A stretch of 64,000 nucleotides of DNA from Fervidobacterium sp. (GCA_049970055.1 JBMFNR010000002.1:276406-340405); one strand, 5' to 3'; positions 40,095-50,767 are shown, counted from the stretch's first letter. Program-made: numbers and translations. Notes: generated by a model from the letters alone, not told the origin.

Positions 40095-41138
40095 TTATTT
40101 TACCGGTATATCTTCTTTTTTAATCTTTGTTAGTAAACTCTCTTTGCTGTTTCTGTACGCAAGAATGGCAATAGATAAAGTATTTTCAAATGTTTCGTTA
40201 TCTAAAACTGTCTCGAAGTGGTTTTCATTTGTGCTACCAAGTAAGGAGTAATAACTATTCCATTCTTCCGCGTATTCTCTATACACGATGAATTTTACAT
40301 CTGTAGCAGGATATGTCCAAGAAACGGAAAGTTTACTTTCACCTGTTAAGTATGTTGCAGTTGCGTTTTCCAATGGAGGTAGAATTCCCAGATCCACAGA
40401 AACTGTTGCAGGTGTTGGTGGGATATCGATAATGATATTCTCTCTGCCAAATGGCACAATGTACCATTTCACCTTTCCGGACTCATTTTTTGCGAATAGA
40501 TAACCGGTTAATGTGGCATCCACGGAGATTGTTATGGGTTTATTTGCGTTAAATGATTCGATATCACTTATTGCTTGGTTCCCGTATATGTATAACTCGT
40601 TCAGATAAGTGTCTTTGATTACATAGGTGGGCTGATCTGTTGTTGACTTAGAGAGTTTACCAAAGACTGTTACGTATTGTCCGTTCCAATAACTGTTTTC
40701 TTGGAAAGCAAGAGCGCTTAAAGACGTGTTTAAAACAAGTGGATTCGGGGCAAATTTTTCAAGTAAGTTAAGAGTTAAATCGGACTTTTCATGGAGCTTA
40801 ATTGTGATTATTCCGTCTTCAAATGTCAAAATACCATTTTTTATTGTGACATATTTTCCAAGATAATTCGTTGAAATTGCCTTACCAGTAACGTAGACAG
40901 CTGTTTGTTTATCTCGAAGCACAAAGTTATTCGTATTTGTGTCTATCCAAAGAATTTTTCCCACAATTAAATCAACCTTCTGATCGTTGTTCGTTTTCAA
41001 CAATTCTGATTTTAAAAGGTTTAACACATTTGCTGGGTCTGTTGAATTCACTGGTGGTTGAGGCGGTTGATTAATGGAGCAAGAAAAAAGAAAAAGTAAA
41101 AACACCAGTAAAATGACTTTAAAACATTTCTTAGACAT
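40095..41138 (-). CDS. Lipoprotein with OB-like folds and a C-terminal FN3-like domain
   Basis: Lipobox LFSC; N-terminal half resembles the N-terminus of 33734-36028; C-terminus resembles the FN3-like repeat of 36226-38589; start after GAGGGGGG. Confidence 0.65.
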   Translation of the reverse strand: MSKKCFKVILLVFLLFLFSCSINQPPQPPVNSTDPANVLNLLKSELLKTNNDQKVDLIVGKILWIDTNTNNFVLRDKQTAVYVTGKAISTNYLGKYVTIKNGILTFEDGIITIKLHEKSDLTLNLLEKFAPNPLVLNTSLSALAFQENSYWNGQYVTVFGKLSKSTTDQPTYVIKDTYLNELYIYGNQAISDIESFNANKPITISVDATLTGYLFAKNESGKVKWYIVPFGRENIIIDIPPTPATVSVDLGILPPLENATATYLTGESKLSVSWTYPATDVKFIVYREYAEEWNSYYSLLGSTNENHFETVLDNETFENTLSIAILAYRNSKESLLTKIKKEDIPVK

Positions 41139-41235
41139 AACATTCCCCCCCTCAGTATAAAATTGTCTTAGCATGCTATTATACAAAATTTATTGTTAAG
41201 TTAAAATTAAGATTTTTATTAACTTTCTCAAAGCT

Positions 41236-41267
41236 AAAAAATCTACCGACAAAATCGGTAGATTTTT
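41236..41267 (-). terminator. Rho-independent terminator after the amino-acid ABC operon
   Basis: AAAAATCTACCGA-CAAAA-TCGGTAGATTTTT. Confidence 0.8.
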
Positions 41268-41296
41268 AAGTAATGTTGAATTGGGTAAAATCTGTC

Positions 41297-42046
41297 TTAC
41301 AATATTCTCTTTAGAAATTCTCGTGTTCTTTGTTTTTGTGGGTTTTTCAAAATTTCTTCGGGGGTACCTTCTTCTTCGATTATGCCATTGCTTATAAAGA
41401 CGATCCTGTCAGCTACTTCTTTCGCAAATCCCATTTCGTGAGTAACTACAAGCATTGTCATTCCGCTGTTTGCCAGGTCTTTCATAACATCCAAGACTTC
41501 ACCAACGAGTTCTGGGTCAAGTGCGGAAGTAGGTTCGTCAAATAGCATGATTTCTGGGTCCATCATCAACGCTCTTGCTATGGCAACTCTCTGTTTTTGT
41601 CCACCGGATAGTTGTTCTGGATAAGCGTCTATTTTATCTATTAGTCCGACTTTGTTAAGAAGAAGCTTAGCTTTTTCGATGGCTTCCTTTTCGGGTACTT
41701 CTTTAACCTTCACTGGTGCGAGAATCAAATTTTGTAAAACATTCATATGTGGAAAAAGGTTGAATTGTTGAAAAACCATACCGATTCTTGTCCTCAGTTG
41801 GTTTATGTCGTACTCATCTATATCTTTTCCGTCTAAATATATTTTCCCGTCTTGATAGTGTTCAAGTTTGTTTATACATCTCAAAAGTGTACTTTTTCCT
41901 CCTCCACTTGGTCCTATAATTACTATTGTTTCTTGTTTTCTAACTTGCATGTTAATGCCTTTCAACACTTCCAGTTTCCCAAAACGTTTTACGAGATTTT
42001 CTATCTTAATAATTATTTCTTTTTCTTTTTGAGTTGTATCGTTCAT
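41297..42046 (-). CDS. Polar amino-acid ABC transporter ATP-binding protein (GlnQ-like)
   Basis: [34 protein letters not shown] and VTHEMGFA motifs. Confidence 0.95.
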   Translation of the reverse strand: MNDTTQKEKEIIIKIENLVKRFGKLEVLKGINMQVRKQETIVIIGPSGGGKSTLLRCINKLEHYQDGKIYLDGKDIDEYDINQLRTRIGMVFQQFNLFPHMNVLQNLILAPVKVKEVPEKEAIEKAKLLLNKVGLIDKIDAYPEQLSGGQKQRVAIARALMMDPEIMLFDEPTSALDPELVGEVLDVMKDLANSGMTMLVVTHEMGFAKEVADRIVFISNGIIEEEGTPEEILKNPQKQRTREFLKRIL

Positions 42047-42693
42047 GCTGTGGCCATCCTCCTTTCGATGAACCTAACTATTCTTGATATGACAAATGTC
42101 ATTATAAAGTATATGAACGCTATTCCAAAGTATATGGAGAAGGTTTGGAATGTGCGAGAGATAACAAACTGGCCACTTCTCATTAACTCAGAAACACCTA
42201 TAACGGAAGCAAGTGAGCTGTCTTTTGTTAAGGTAATAAATTCATTTCCAAGAGCTGGAAGGATGTTTCTAAATGCTTGTGGGAGGATAATATATCTCAT
42301 CGATTGCCAATGTGTTAGTCCCAAAGAGCGCGCAGCTTCGTATTGACCTTTTGGGATAGATTGTATCCCTGCTCTCACAATTTCCGCAATGTATGCACCA
42401 CTGTTTAAACCAAGGGCGGTGATAGCAGCTGGGTATGGTGGGAGTTGTATTCCAAGCTGCGGTAGTCCGAAGTAAACAATGGAGATCTGTACAAGTAATG
42501 GGGTACCTCTCAAAAATTCCACGTACGCTGTACATGGATAATTTACTATTTTTATCTTCGAAAGTCTTCCCATGCCGATAAATGTACCCAATATCAAGCC
42601 TATGCCCACGGAAAATGCTGTTAATTTGAGAGTTTCCCACGCTCCAAGTAGCAGAAACGGAAAGTTTTTGAATAATTCAGCCAACGCATCCAC
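42043..42693 (-). CDS. Polar amino-acid ABC transporter permease
   Basis: [19 protein letters not shown] and [10 protein letters not shown] (EAA loop). Confidence 0.95.
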   Translation of the reverse strand: MDALAELFKNFPFLLLGAWETLKLTAFSVGIGLILGTFIGMGRLSKIKIVNYPCTAYVEFLRGTPLLVQISIVYFGLPQLGIQLPPYPAAITALGLNSGAYIAEIVRAGIQSIPKGQYEAARSLGLTHWQSMRYIILPQAFRNILPALGNEFITLTKDSSLASVIGVSELMRSGQFVISRTFQTFSIYFGIAFIYFIMTFVISRIVRFIERRMATA

Positions 42694-42743
42694 AATTTTC
42701 CCTCCCACCGTTTGAAAAGCTTGTGTTAACTTATTTTATTAAA

Positions 42744-42765
42744 TGCCCCCAGTCTCGTGGGGGCA
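42744..42765 (-). other. Intercistronic hairpin downstream of the substrate-binding protein gene
   Basis: TGCCCCCA-GTCTCG-TGGGGGCA. Confidence 0.6.
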
Positions 42766-42774
42766 AGGTAGTTA

Positions 42775-43524
42775 TTACTGAAACCATTTTTGTAGCAATT
42801 TATTGTATGTTCCTGTAGATTTCATGATATCCAATGTTTGGTTTACAAAGTTCAATAATTCTTTGTTATTCTTTTTTACCGCAATTCCATACGTTTCACC
42901 CGTATCGATTATAGAACTAATTAGAAATTTTGTAAATTTTTTCGTGTACGCCTTTGCGGGGGCCTCATCAAGAACCACAGCATCTACCCTGCCATTTTGA
43001 AGCTCAAGGAACGCATCTGTAAATTTCTGGAAACGAACAATATCAATTCCGTTGATTTCACTTACGACTAAATCACCTGTTGTACCGAGCTGGACCGCTA
43101 CCTTTTTCCCTATTAAATCTTCAAATTTTTTTGGTTCAAATTTTCCATCTTTTCTCACAACAATCGCTTGGTTGGCTTCAAAGTAAGGTTTTGAAAAATC
43201 GACGATTTTTGCACGTTCCTCGGTTATGGTCATTCCAGCAATGATCATGTCAATTTTACCTTGCTGGAGAGCGGGGATTAAGCTGTCGAATGGTAAACTG
43301 ACGATTTCAAGCTTAACGCCAAGTCTTTTCGCAAGTTCGTTTGCAATATCGATGTCAAAACCGACCACTTGGTTCTTCTCATCGACAAACTCAAATGGTG
43401 GAAAGGTCGGCTCGGTACCAATGATTAATTTGCCACGTTGTTTTATCTGTACAAGGGTCTGTGAAAATACAGTCGCCGATAACAAAATGGTGAGAGTAAT
43501 AACAGCTAGTAAAACTTTTTTCAT
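42775..43524 (-). CDS. Polar/basic amino-acid ABC transporter substrate-binding protein
   Basis: Signal peptide; FPPFEF, GFDIDIA and MTITEER...DFS.PY motifs; start after GGAGG. Confidence 0.93.
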   Translation of the reverse strand: MKKVLLAVITLTILLSATVFSQTLVQIKQRGKLIIGTEPTFPPFEFVDEKNQVVGFDIDIANELAKRLGVKLEIVSLPFDSLIPALQQGKIDMIIAGMTITEERAKIVDFSKPYFEANQAIVVRKDGKFEPKKFEDLIGKKVAVQLGTTGDLVVSEINGIDIVRFQKFTDAFLELQNGRVDAVVLDEAPAKAYTKKFTKFLISSIIDTGETYGIAVKKNNKELLNFVNQTLDIMKSTGTYNKLLQKWFQ

Positions 43525-43574
43525 ATCAACCCCTCCTTTAAAATTGTGTAGGTTGCTATGATTATTATAAAAGT

Positions 43575-43610
43575 AAATGAGACTGTCCGAACATTCGAAC
43601 AGTCTCATTT
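43575..43610 (-). terminator. Probable terminator after 43622-44392
   Basis: AAATGAGACTGT...ACAGTCTCATTT inverted repeat. Confidence 0.7.
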
Positions 43611-43621
43611 TGGGATTTATA

Positions 43622-44392
43622 TTAAAATTGTACAGAAGCTTTCCATATGAATTTTGAATTTCCAAAATCGTACAACGCAATGGCGTTTGCAAAATTGAGT
43701 GCTAATCCAATTCCTGTTTTCCAATTTCCATCGAAGTTCTGAGCTGCGTATACATAAATCATATCGGCGGGAATCGCTAACTCAAAGGCGTATTTGAAAT
43801 TCCCATTCATAATCTCTGAAAGTTTTCCACTGTAGAAACCGAATAAGAAGTATCCAACATCTTGTGACTCTATAACAAGATTCACTTGTGCATTTGTCCA
43901 ATCGAAATTTTCGTTTATCTTGAATTGTCCACCTTCTTTTACAATTAAATCGTTTGGTATGTAAGAAAGTTCAAAACGAGACCAGGAGTAAAATAAGATA
44001 TTCGTTTTTTGCATACCCAGCAAACCGAACGCGACCTTTGGTTGTGCATAAGATGAAATGTCTGAAATCGACGAAAGACTTGTGGTGGTTGCCGTAACCG
44101 AGGCAAAAAATCCTCCAAATCTGATTCCCAAACCCAAGTAGACTTCATTGTCCAATGGGAATCCGGGGTACTGGGAGTAAGTACCCATCGATAGATTAAT
44201 ACCTGCAAGTTCAAAGTGGCCTTCCAACGCAATATCGAAAGTTCCTTCCGTTGTTGCTGGCATAAGTGATACCCTTGCATAATAAGGTTGACCTACTACA
44301 CCGTTCGGAGTTTTCACATTCAACAGATCAAGAGATGTTGAGAAAGCCAAAGTGGCAAACAAAACAACGAGCATCCAAAATAATTTTTTCAT
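43622..44392 (-). CDS. Putative outer-membrane (toga) beta-barrel protein
   Basis: Signal peptide, amphipathic strands and C-terminal FIWKASVQF beta-signal. Confidence 0.55.
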   Translation of the reverse strand: MKKLFWMLVVLFATLAFSTSLDLLNVKTPNGVVGQPYYARVSLMPATTEGTFDIALEGHFELAGINLSMGTYSQYPGFPLDNEVYLGLGIRFGGFFASVTATTTSLSSISDISSYAQPKVAFGLLGMQKTNILFYSWSRFELSYIPNDLIVKEGGQFKINENFDWTNAQVNLVIESQDVGYFLFGFYSGKLSEIMNGNFKYAFELAIPADMIYVYAAQNFDGNWKTGIGLALNFANAIALYDFGNSKFIWKASVQF

Positions 44393-44430
44393 ACTACCCT
44401 CACTCTCCTTTCACTCAAATATATTTGTGT

Positions 44431-46434
44431 TTATATTTTCTCAATCTGTGTCAGATCACCAATTTCCATAAAGAGGTTATCGATAGTTCTCAGAAATCCA
44501 AGTCTGTTCATTCTAAGGTCTTCGTTTTCACACATCACAAAAACTTTGTCAAAGTATTCATCTATATATGGTCTGAGCATTATGAGATGCTCAAGAGCAT
44601 TTGTGTAATCTAAGTGTTTAATGGCATCAAGAACCTGCGGTTTTATCTCAATGTATTTTTCAAAAAGCTTTTTCTCTGCTTCTTCAACAAATTTCTCAGA
44701 ATCAAAATAATCTATGACGTGCTTCTTTGATATATTGTGTACTCTCTCAAATCCAACAATTAGATGCTCAAATTCTTCTTTTCCAACAAGCCTATGAATG
44801 GCTTTTGCTGATAAGATCCCCCTTAGGGGCTTACTCCACAAGTGCTTTGTTGCTCTGGCTATGTCGTATCGAACTTTTGAGTTGTACAATTCAAATCTGT
44901 TTTCGAAAAATTCTGTAATGTTTTGTGGAATATCTTTTCCAAGTATTGCGCAAGTTTTTTTAATTAACGCGAAGATATCAAGGTCCCAATCGAATTTTTC
45001 AATTATCGCAAAAATATCGTCCGTTTTGCTTCTAAGTCCGTAGGGGTCTTTTGATCCACTTGGTATGTTCCCAATGATGAAGTTACCAACAATAGTGTCT
45101 ATTCTATCAGCTATTCCAACAACTGCACCTGCTATCGTCGTCGGGGTTGAGCTGTAGTGTTCTTCTATACCATACGCTACTTCTTCGTCTTCACCATCTT
45201 TCAGAGCGTATATCTTACCCATTATCCCTTGTAGTTCAGGAAATTCATACACCACGTGACTTCCTATATCGGATTTACATAAGCGAGCTACTTTTAATAT
45301 TTTATCACTTATCTTTTTTAGATCCAAAAGCTCCACCATTTCTCTTGAAAGTTCTTCAATTCTCAATACTTTGTCGTAAAGTGTGCCAAGCTCCTTCTGA
45401 AAGACAATTTCTTTCAATTTCTCATTGAATGATTCAAGTTTTTTGCTTACATCTTTTTCGTAGTAGTATCTTGCATCTTCAAGTCTTGCGTTTATTACTT
45501 TTTCGTAGCCTTTTTTAGCGTTGCCGTATTGATCATTTGGCATATCGATGAACGCAACAAAGTTATTCGTTATTTTGTCACCTTTGTGTACGGTGAAAGA
45601 TCTCTGATGATGTTTTATAGTCGTTCTAATTAGCTCTTCCGGTAGTTGTAAGAATTTCTCCAAAAATGTTCCGCTGATGAGCTTTGGATACTCCGCTAAT
45701 ATGGCTACTTCTTTGATCAGCTTTTCATCCTTATCGACAATGAAACCTGTTTTTTCGAACTCTTCGATTTGGTGTTTTATAAATTCTATCCTATCTTCAA
45801 GTTTTGGTATTACGTAGTATTGTTTCAACTTTTCAAAGTAATCCTGGGCGGAGTGAACTTGAAAGTATTCATCTTGAACAAATCTGTGGCCAACGGTTTT
45901 ATTTGATGATTTCAAATCGAATATCTCCATATCAACAACTTTATCGTTAAGTATGGCAAGCACGTGATGTGGTATTCTAACGAATTCATACTTTCCATCC
46001 GCCCATCTCATCGGCTTTCTGAATCTGAGCGATGTAATTATTTGAGGAATTACTTGCTTTAGGAAATCTCCTATTAGTTGACCTTTCTGAACTTTTGTTA
46101 TGTATACGTATTTTTCAACTATTTTGACATCTTCTATCGTTGAATCGTTCGATTTTAAAAACCCCATTAAAGCTTTTGTTGGCTGATTGTTTTCGTCAAA
46201 AGCAACACTTATAGATGGTCCCTTCTTTTCTATGGTTTTATCGGGGGTGTGGTTTGGAAGACCTTTCAATAGAAATCCGAACCTTCTTGGCGCAACGAAT
46301 GTTTCAAAAGTTTCATACGATATTTCTTCATTTAAAAGAGTACTTTTTATTTGTTCCGAAAGTTGTTCTAATAAACCGTCTATCTCGGTTGTTGGAAGTT
46401 CCTCGACGCCCATTTCAAAGAGGAATTCGTTCAT
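44431..46434 (-). CDS. glyS: Glycine--tRNA ligase beta subunit
   Basis: FEMGVEELP, KPMRW, EFPELQGIMG and GSKDPYGLR motifs. Confidence 0.96.
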   Translation of the reverse strand: MNEFLFEMGVEELPTTEIDGLLEQLSEQIKSTLLNEEISYETFETFVAPRRFGFLLKGLPNHTPDKTIEKKGPSISVAFDENNQPTKALMGFLKSNDSTIEDVKIVEKYVYITKVQKGQLIGDFLKQVIPQIITSLRFRKPMRWADGKYEFVRIPHHVLAILNDKVVDMEIFDLKSSNKTVGHRFVQDEYFQVHSAQDYFEKLKQYYVIPKLEDRIEFIKHQIEEFEKTGFIVDKDEKLIKEVAILAEYPKLISGTFLEKFLQLPEELIRTTIKHHQRSFTVHKGDKITNNFVAFIDMPNDQYGNAKKGYEKVINARLEDARYYYEKDVSKKLESFNEKLKEIVFQKELGTLYDKVLRIEELSREMVELLDLKKISDKILKVARLCKSDIGSHVVYEFPELQGIMGKIYALKDGEDEEVAYGIEEHYSSTPTTIAGAVVGIADRIDTIVGNFIIGNIPSGSKDPYGLRSKTDDIFAIIEKFDWDLDIFALIKKTCAILGKDIPQNITEFFENRFELYNSKVRYDIARATKHLWSKPLRGILSAKAIHRLVGKEEFEHLIVGFERVHNISKKHVIDYFDSEKFVEEAEKKLFEKYIEIKPQVLDAIKHLDYTNALEHLIMLRPYIDEYFDKVFVMCENEDLRMNRLGFLRTIDNLFMEIGDLTQIEKI

Positions 46435-47309
46435 TATTTATCACCTTCCTTTTGGTTCACTTCTTGCGCTTGTTGAGTTTCCAGAAACACCTTTGCGCAT
46501 TTGCTTGCCATAGTTCTTATATCCCTAATGTACGTCTGTCTCTGTGCAACACTTATGGCATTTCTTGCGTCAAGTAAGTTGAATGTATGAGAACATTTCA
46601 ATAGTTGCTCGTAAGCTGGAAAGATTAACCCTTTTTCCGAAAGTCTGTCAAACTCTCTTCTGTATATCTCATATAAGTTGAAAAGGGTTTCTACATCTGC
46701 TTCTTCAAAGTTATATATGGAAAATTGTCTTTCGTTTTCTTTGAAAAGTTCTCCGTATTTTACATCCTTGTTCCACATAACTTCGTAAACATTGTCTACA
46801 CCTTGCAAGTACATGGCAATTCTTTCGATACCGTATGTTATTTCAAGAGGTATTTCTTTTAAGGTAATTCCGCCAACTTGTTGGAAGTATGTGAACTGTG
46901 TTATTTCCATTCCATCGAGCCAGACTTCCCAACCAATTCCCCATGCACCAAGAGTTGGAGATTCCCAATTATCTTCAACGAAGCGTATGTCATGCTCTTT
47001 TGGATTTATTCCAAGTGCTCTAAGTGATTCAAGGTAAACTTCTTGAGAGTTCTTTGGATGTGGTTTCAAGATAACTTGGTATTGGTAGAACCTTTGCATT
47101 CTATTCGGGTTTTCAGCGTACCTTCCATCGGTTGGTCTTCTACTTGGTTGAACAAATGCAACATTCCAAGGCCTTTTTTTCAGAACGCCAAAGAAGGTTG
47201 ACGTGTGAAATGTTCCGGCACCCATTTCCATATCGTAGGGTTGCTCGATAAAACACCCATAATCTGCCCAAAATTCGTCAAGTGTACGCACAATATCCTG
47301 TAAATACAT
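46434..47309 (-). CDS. glyQ: Glycine--tRNA ligase alpha subunit
   Basis: [20 protein letters not shown] and [10 protein letters not shown] motifs. Confidence 0.97.
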   Translation of the reverse strand: MYLQDIVRTLDEFWADYGCFIEQPYDMEMGAGTFHTSTFFGVLKKRPWNVAFVQPSRRPTDGRYAENPNRMQRFYQYQVILKPHPKNSQEVYLESLRALGINPKEHDIRFVEDNWESPTLGAWGIGWEVWLDGMEITQFTYFQQVGGITLKEIPLEITYGIERIAMYLQGVDNVYEVMWNKDVKYGELFKENERQFSIYNFEEADVETLFNLYEIYRREFDRLSEKGLIFPAYEQLLKCSHTFNLLDARNAISVAQRQTYIRDIRTMASKCAKVFLETQQAQEVNQKEGDK

Positions 47310-47334
47310 TGCTTTACCTCCTTTCGATTATTCT

Positions 47335-48222
47335 TTACTTAAATATCTTTTCAAGTACAACAGCCCATATTGGAAGAGTAAATAAGGAAAGCAAAGTTGT
47401 AACAGCCACTGTCATTCCTGCTTTTGCGGTGTCTTCTTTTTTAAATGTGTTTATCACTACAACACTGTTTACACCTATCGGCATCGCACATTCTAAAACG
47501 AAGGTTTTTGCTTCGAATGGTTCTAAAATTAACGCGAATAAAAGTAAGAATGATGGTACAACGATCAGTCTTTCAGCACTTAGTGCTAAGTAGTCTTTCA
47601 CATCGCCCCAGTCAAGTTCTATTCGTGAAATCGATAATCCAACTTGTAGAAGTAAGAATGGAATTGCCATGTCTCTAAGCCAAACGAAGGCGGTAAGTAT
47701 CCCACTTGGTAGTTGTTTGTACGATACACCAAGTAAACCAAGACTCCAACCTAATAGTATTGCATACAAGAATGGTAACTTTAGTGCGTTTTTAAATTCG
47801 ATCTTACCACGAATCATGCTTGGTAAGAATGTGCTACCGAAAAGCACATTAACAAACGAGTATACAACTCCCAAAGCAAGAGCTCTTTCCCCCCATAGCG
47901 CTAGCAATACGGGATATCCTAAATACCCAGAATTAACGTAAACATTGCCCGTGAAGAATATCTCTCTGTGGTTTTTATGGAACATTGAAATTAAGTACGA
48001 AATAAGAAACATAACTGCAAAACCAATTGAATATCTTATCAAAACATCTATATTTGGTATGTAATCATTAATGAAAGTGAAAGTCACGATAGGTGCCATC
48101 AACCAAGTAGCTATCTTGTTAAATATGTCTATATTCTGTGATTTAAAAATCATACCGTACAAAAAACCAACGAACATCATTATAAAAGATGGTAAAACAG
48201 CGTTAAAGCCCTCTCCAAGCAT
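47335..48222 (-). CDS. AEC family (auxin efflux carrier-like) transporter
   Basis: About 10 TM helices; NSGYLGYP and AMP motifs. Confidence 0.85.
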   Translation of the reverse strand: MLGEGFNAVLPSFIMMFVGFLYGMIFKSQNIDIFNKIATWLMAPIVTFTFINDYIPNIDVLIRYSIGFAVMFLISYLISMFHKNHREIFFTGNVYVNSGYLGYPVLLALWGERALALGVVYSFVNVLFGSTFLPSMIRGKIEFKNALKLPFLYAILLGWSLGLLGVSYKQLPSGILTAFVWLRDMAIPFLLLQVGLSISRIELDWGDVKDYLALSAERLIVVPSFLLLFALILEPFEAKTFVLECAMPIGVNSVVVINTFKKEDTAKAGMTVAVTTLLSLFTLPIWAVVLEKIFK

Positions 48223-48241
48223 CGGAGTACCCCTTATCTTT

Positions 48242-49663
48242 TCAAAATTGGTATGAGATTGAAAGGTTAAGTGAAAGTGAGAAATACGGTGCGTTGTTAC
48301 CCTCTAATGGTCTCATTATAGGTTTTTTCACGTTGTCTGAATTAACTTCGACAAGTTCTGACTTATTCCATATGTATCCAAGTGATGAACTAACACTTGC
48401 TTTTATGAAATCAAAGAGTTCAAATGAATATTTCACGATACCTATAAGCCGTTTCTCTAATACTGGATCGTCGAGCAAATGCGTGCCTTCGACAAAAGTT
48501 GATGATTCGTTCCACGGGTTAATAGGTGACCTTTCACCGAGTACTACGTACTCGAGTGACGCATTAAGGTTTTTTATTTGCTTTGGTACGTAGTTAAATA
48601 GTAATGCTATGTTGTTTTCCCCGTACATGTAACCTGCGTAAAGCATTTCAAGAGGATAGATTATATTTTTTCCACTCACACTGTAAGTGAAATTGGTGAA
48701 GTAAGTGTAACCGTAGTATATTTTGTTTCCACTCTCGGAAGAAGGTTGGAAGGTGTACTTTGTAGCACCAGCGTTGTAAATCCCAAATTCTCCGTAAGCT
48801 GTTGAAAACTTGCCGCCAAAAGACCAGGCTAATTTGTCTGGATTTTGTGATCCATCCGGTTTAAGGAATCTATTCATATTTATGTCATCTACGAGTATTT
48901 GACCGTATATGTATTTTTCTTTGTCCAAGTATGATGAGTAAAACCCAATCATATAATTCGTTTCTCCTAGTCCCTCTGGATAAGGCCTTCCCGCTTTGTT
49001 TACGTATTGAACGAAAAAACCAGGTATCGGGTTTGCAAAATATTCAAAGTCGAAATTCTTTCCAACGTACACGTTAATCTCTTGATACCCGAATTGAAGA
49101 TTGTTGTTTTTGATCGCGTACACTTTGTAGTTTGCGCTTCTATACTTTTCGCTCTGGTTTTCTGTGCTAAGGATATTGTTTAATTCGATCCATCTTGTAA
49201 TGTAAATAAAGTTTTCACCTTCGTAACGATATTCAAGTGTGTTTCTCGGAACGTGTATTGTAGATATGAACAGCGGGTAAGGAGAAGATACCATGTCACC
49301 AAGGTTTGTTTTACCGAACGTGATTGTAAAGCTATTAACGCGCATTTTTACGTAAGCATCTTTTATCAAGAAGTAAAATCCAGCGTAGTAACCTTGCGAA
49401 AACGGGTCGTTGTACACTTTATCGTTCAAGGCAGAAAGGCTTGCCACAAAAGAGAAGTTTTCTGCAGTGTAACCAAGCATTGCATTCAGATTCAGAAACT
49501 GAATCGATAAATTGTTGTGGCTGTTGTACAAGCTAAATAAGTAATCACCAAAATTGTATGTGCCAGAAAGTATGAAATCTAACGAAAACAGCGTGACTGT
49601 AAAATTTATTATACTGATTACACAGATTAACAAAAATGTGTAGGTTATTCTTCCCTTCTCCAT
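48242..49663 (-). CDS. Putative outer-membrane beta-barrel protein (possibly Wzi-like)
   Basis: Signal peptide, Tyr/Phe-rich alternating strands and C-terminal LSLNLSISYQF. Confidence 0.55.
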   Translation of the reverse strand: MEKGRITYTFLLICVISIINFTVTLFSLDFILSGTYNFGDYLFSLYNSHNNLSIQFLNLNAMLGYTAENFSFVASLSALNDKVYNDPFSQGYYAGFYFLIKDAYVKMRVNSFTITFGKTNLGDMVSSPYPLFISTIHVPRNTLEYRYEGENFIYITRWIELNNILSTENQSEKYRSANYKVYAIKNNNLQFGYQEINVYVGKNFDFEYFANPIPGFFVQYVNKAGRPYPEGLGETNYMIGFYSSYLDKEKYIYGQILVDDINMNRFLKPDGSQNPDKLAWSFGGKFSTAYGEFGIYNAGATKYTFQPSSESGNKIYYGYTYFTNFTYSVSGKNIIYPLEMLYAGYMYGENNIALLFNYVPKQIKNLNASLEYVVLGERSPINPWNESSTFVEGTHLLDDPVLEKRLIGIVKYSFELFDFIKASVSSSLGYIWNKSELVEVNSDNVKKPIMRPLEGNNAPYFSLSLNLSISYQF

Positions 49664-49872
49664 ATCACGTTCCCCTTGTGTGTGACAAGCTTAACATCCA
49701 GTGGGATTGCAACCCCAGCTTTAAATGCGTCAAGTATAATGTCTATCGGTAATGAGGTTTCAAACCATATCTCTTCGATTTTTACTTCTTCCCAACCTCT
49801 GTCTGCAAATCTTTGTATAACTTTTTCAACAGCTTTCCTGTACTTTTCAATATCCAGTTCGTATTTTCCCAT
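49645..49872 (-). CDS. Small hypothetical protein (MGKYELDIEKY...)
   Basis: GGAGGGG RBS before ATG 49872; overlaps the start of the next gene. Confidence 0.6.
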   Translation of the reverse strand: MGKYELDIEKYRKAVEKVIQRFADRGWEEVKIEEIWFETSLPIDIILDAFKAGVAIPLDVKLVTHKGNVIWRREE

Positions 49873-49945
49873 TTGTTCCCCCTCCAAGCTCGATCGTAGT
49901 TTTGGTGGTATTTTTGCTTGAATTTCTGCCATGATATTGATTTTA

Positions 49946-50686
49946 TCATAATTTTATTGCTCTGCAAACACTTCGAATTTTGCTTTTCAGGTAAATTCCG
50001 TATTCTTCATTTTTAAGATCTGTTATGCTCACACACATGTCATGACCATTTGCATGGATAATTTTTTCATCACCAATGTATAACATAACGTGCCCTTCCA
50101 TAAAGAGAAGATCACCTGGATCAGGTTCTTCAACTTGAGGAAGGCTGGCTTCCTGTTGACTTGCATCTCTTGGAATGACTGTATCGAAAGCGTCGTAAAG
50201 TCTATTGACAAAACCGGAGCAATCGAAACCATACGAAGATGTTCCACCCCAAAGATATGGAATTCCTAAAAAGTCCATAGCTAAGCTTACTACGTTGTTT
50301 TTACTATCTTTGCCTTTGGAAGGATCATCCATAAGATAGTAGGTTTGTCCATTTGGCAAGTAAAATTGAGAGTTATTATCGGAATAAACCCTGCTACCAA
50401 AAGGTAACAGGTAATTTATCGCACCGTACGTTTTGCAGAATGGCGTTCGTATCTTAACAGGTGTGTAGATCGAAAAATCGGCATATTGTTTATCGGTGAG
50501 CATGAAGAGTGTATGTTTGTTTATATAGCCACAGTAATTTAATCTTATATCACAAGCGTAGACATAATCTTTTTCGAATTTAAAGACTTCAACAACCTCA
50601 CCAAAGACTATCTGGTGAATTCTTTCACTTCTAAATTTTTCTTGTGATCTCATATCTGTCACAGGATATTTAACAATTCCGTACAC
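49946..50686 (-). CDS. NlpC/P60 (C40) peptidase with N-terminal SH3-like domain (YkfC-like)
   Basis: LGIPYLWGG..GFDCSG, GDLLF..GHV and IHA; no signal peptide. Confidence 0.9.
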   Translation of the reverse strand: MYGIVKYPVTDMRSQEKFRSERIHQIVFGEVVEVFKFEKDYVYACDIRLNYCGYINKHTLFMLTDKQYADFSIYTPVKIRTPFCKTYGAINYLLPFGSRVYSDNNSQFYLPNGQTYYLMDDPSKGKDSKNNVVSLAMDFLGIPYLWGGTSSYGFDCSGFVNRLYDAFDTVIPRDASQQEASLPQVEEPDPGDLLFMEGHVMLYIGDEKIIHANGHDMCVSITDLKNEEYGIYLKSKIRSVCRAIKL

Positions 50687-50767
50687 GCAAACTCCCCCTT
50701 TTTTTCTATTTTACCACAGAGATGGTATAATTAAGTTGAAAATCACTAGAGCGACCAGTGGGGGAAT

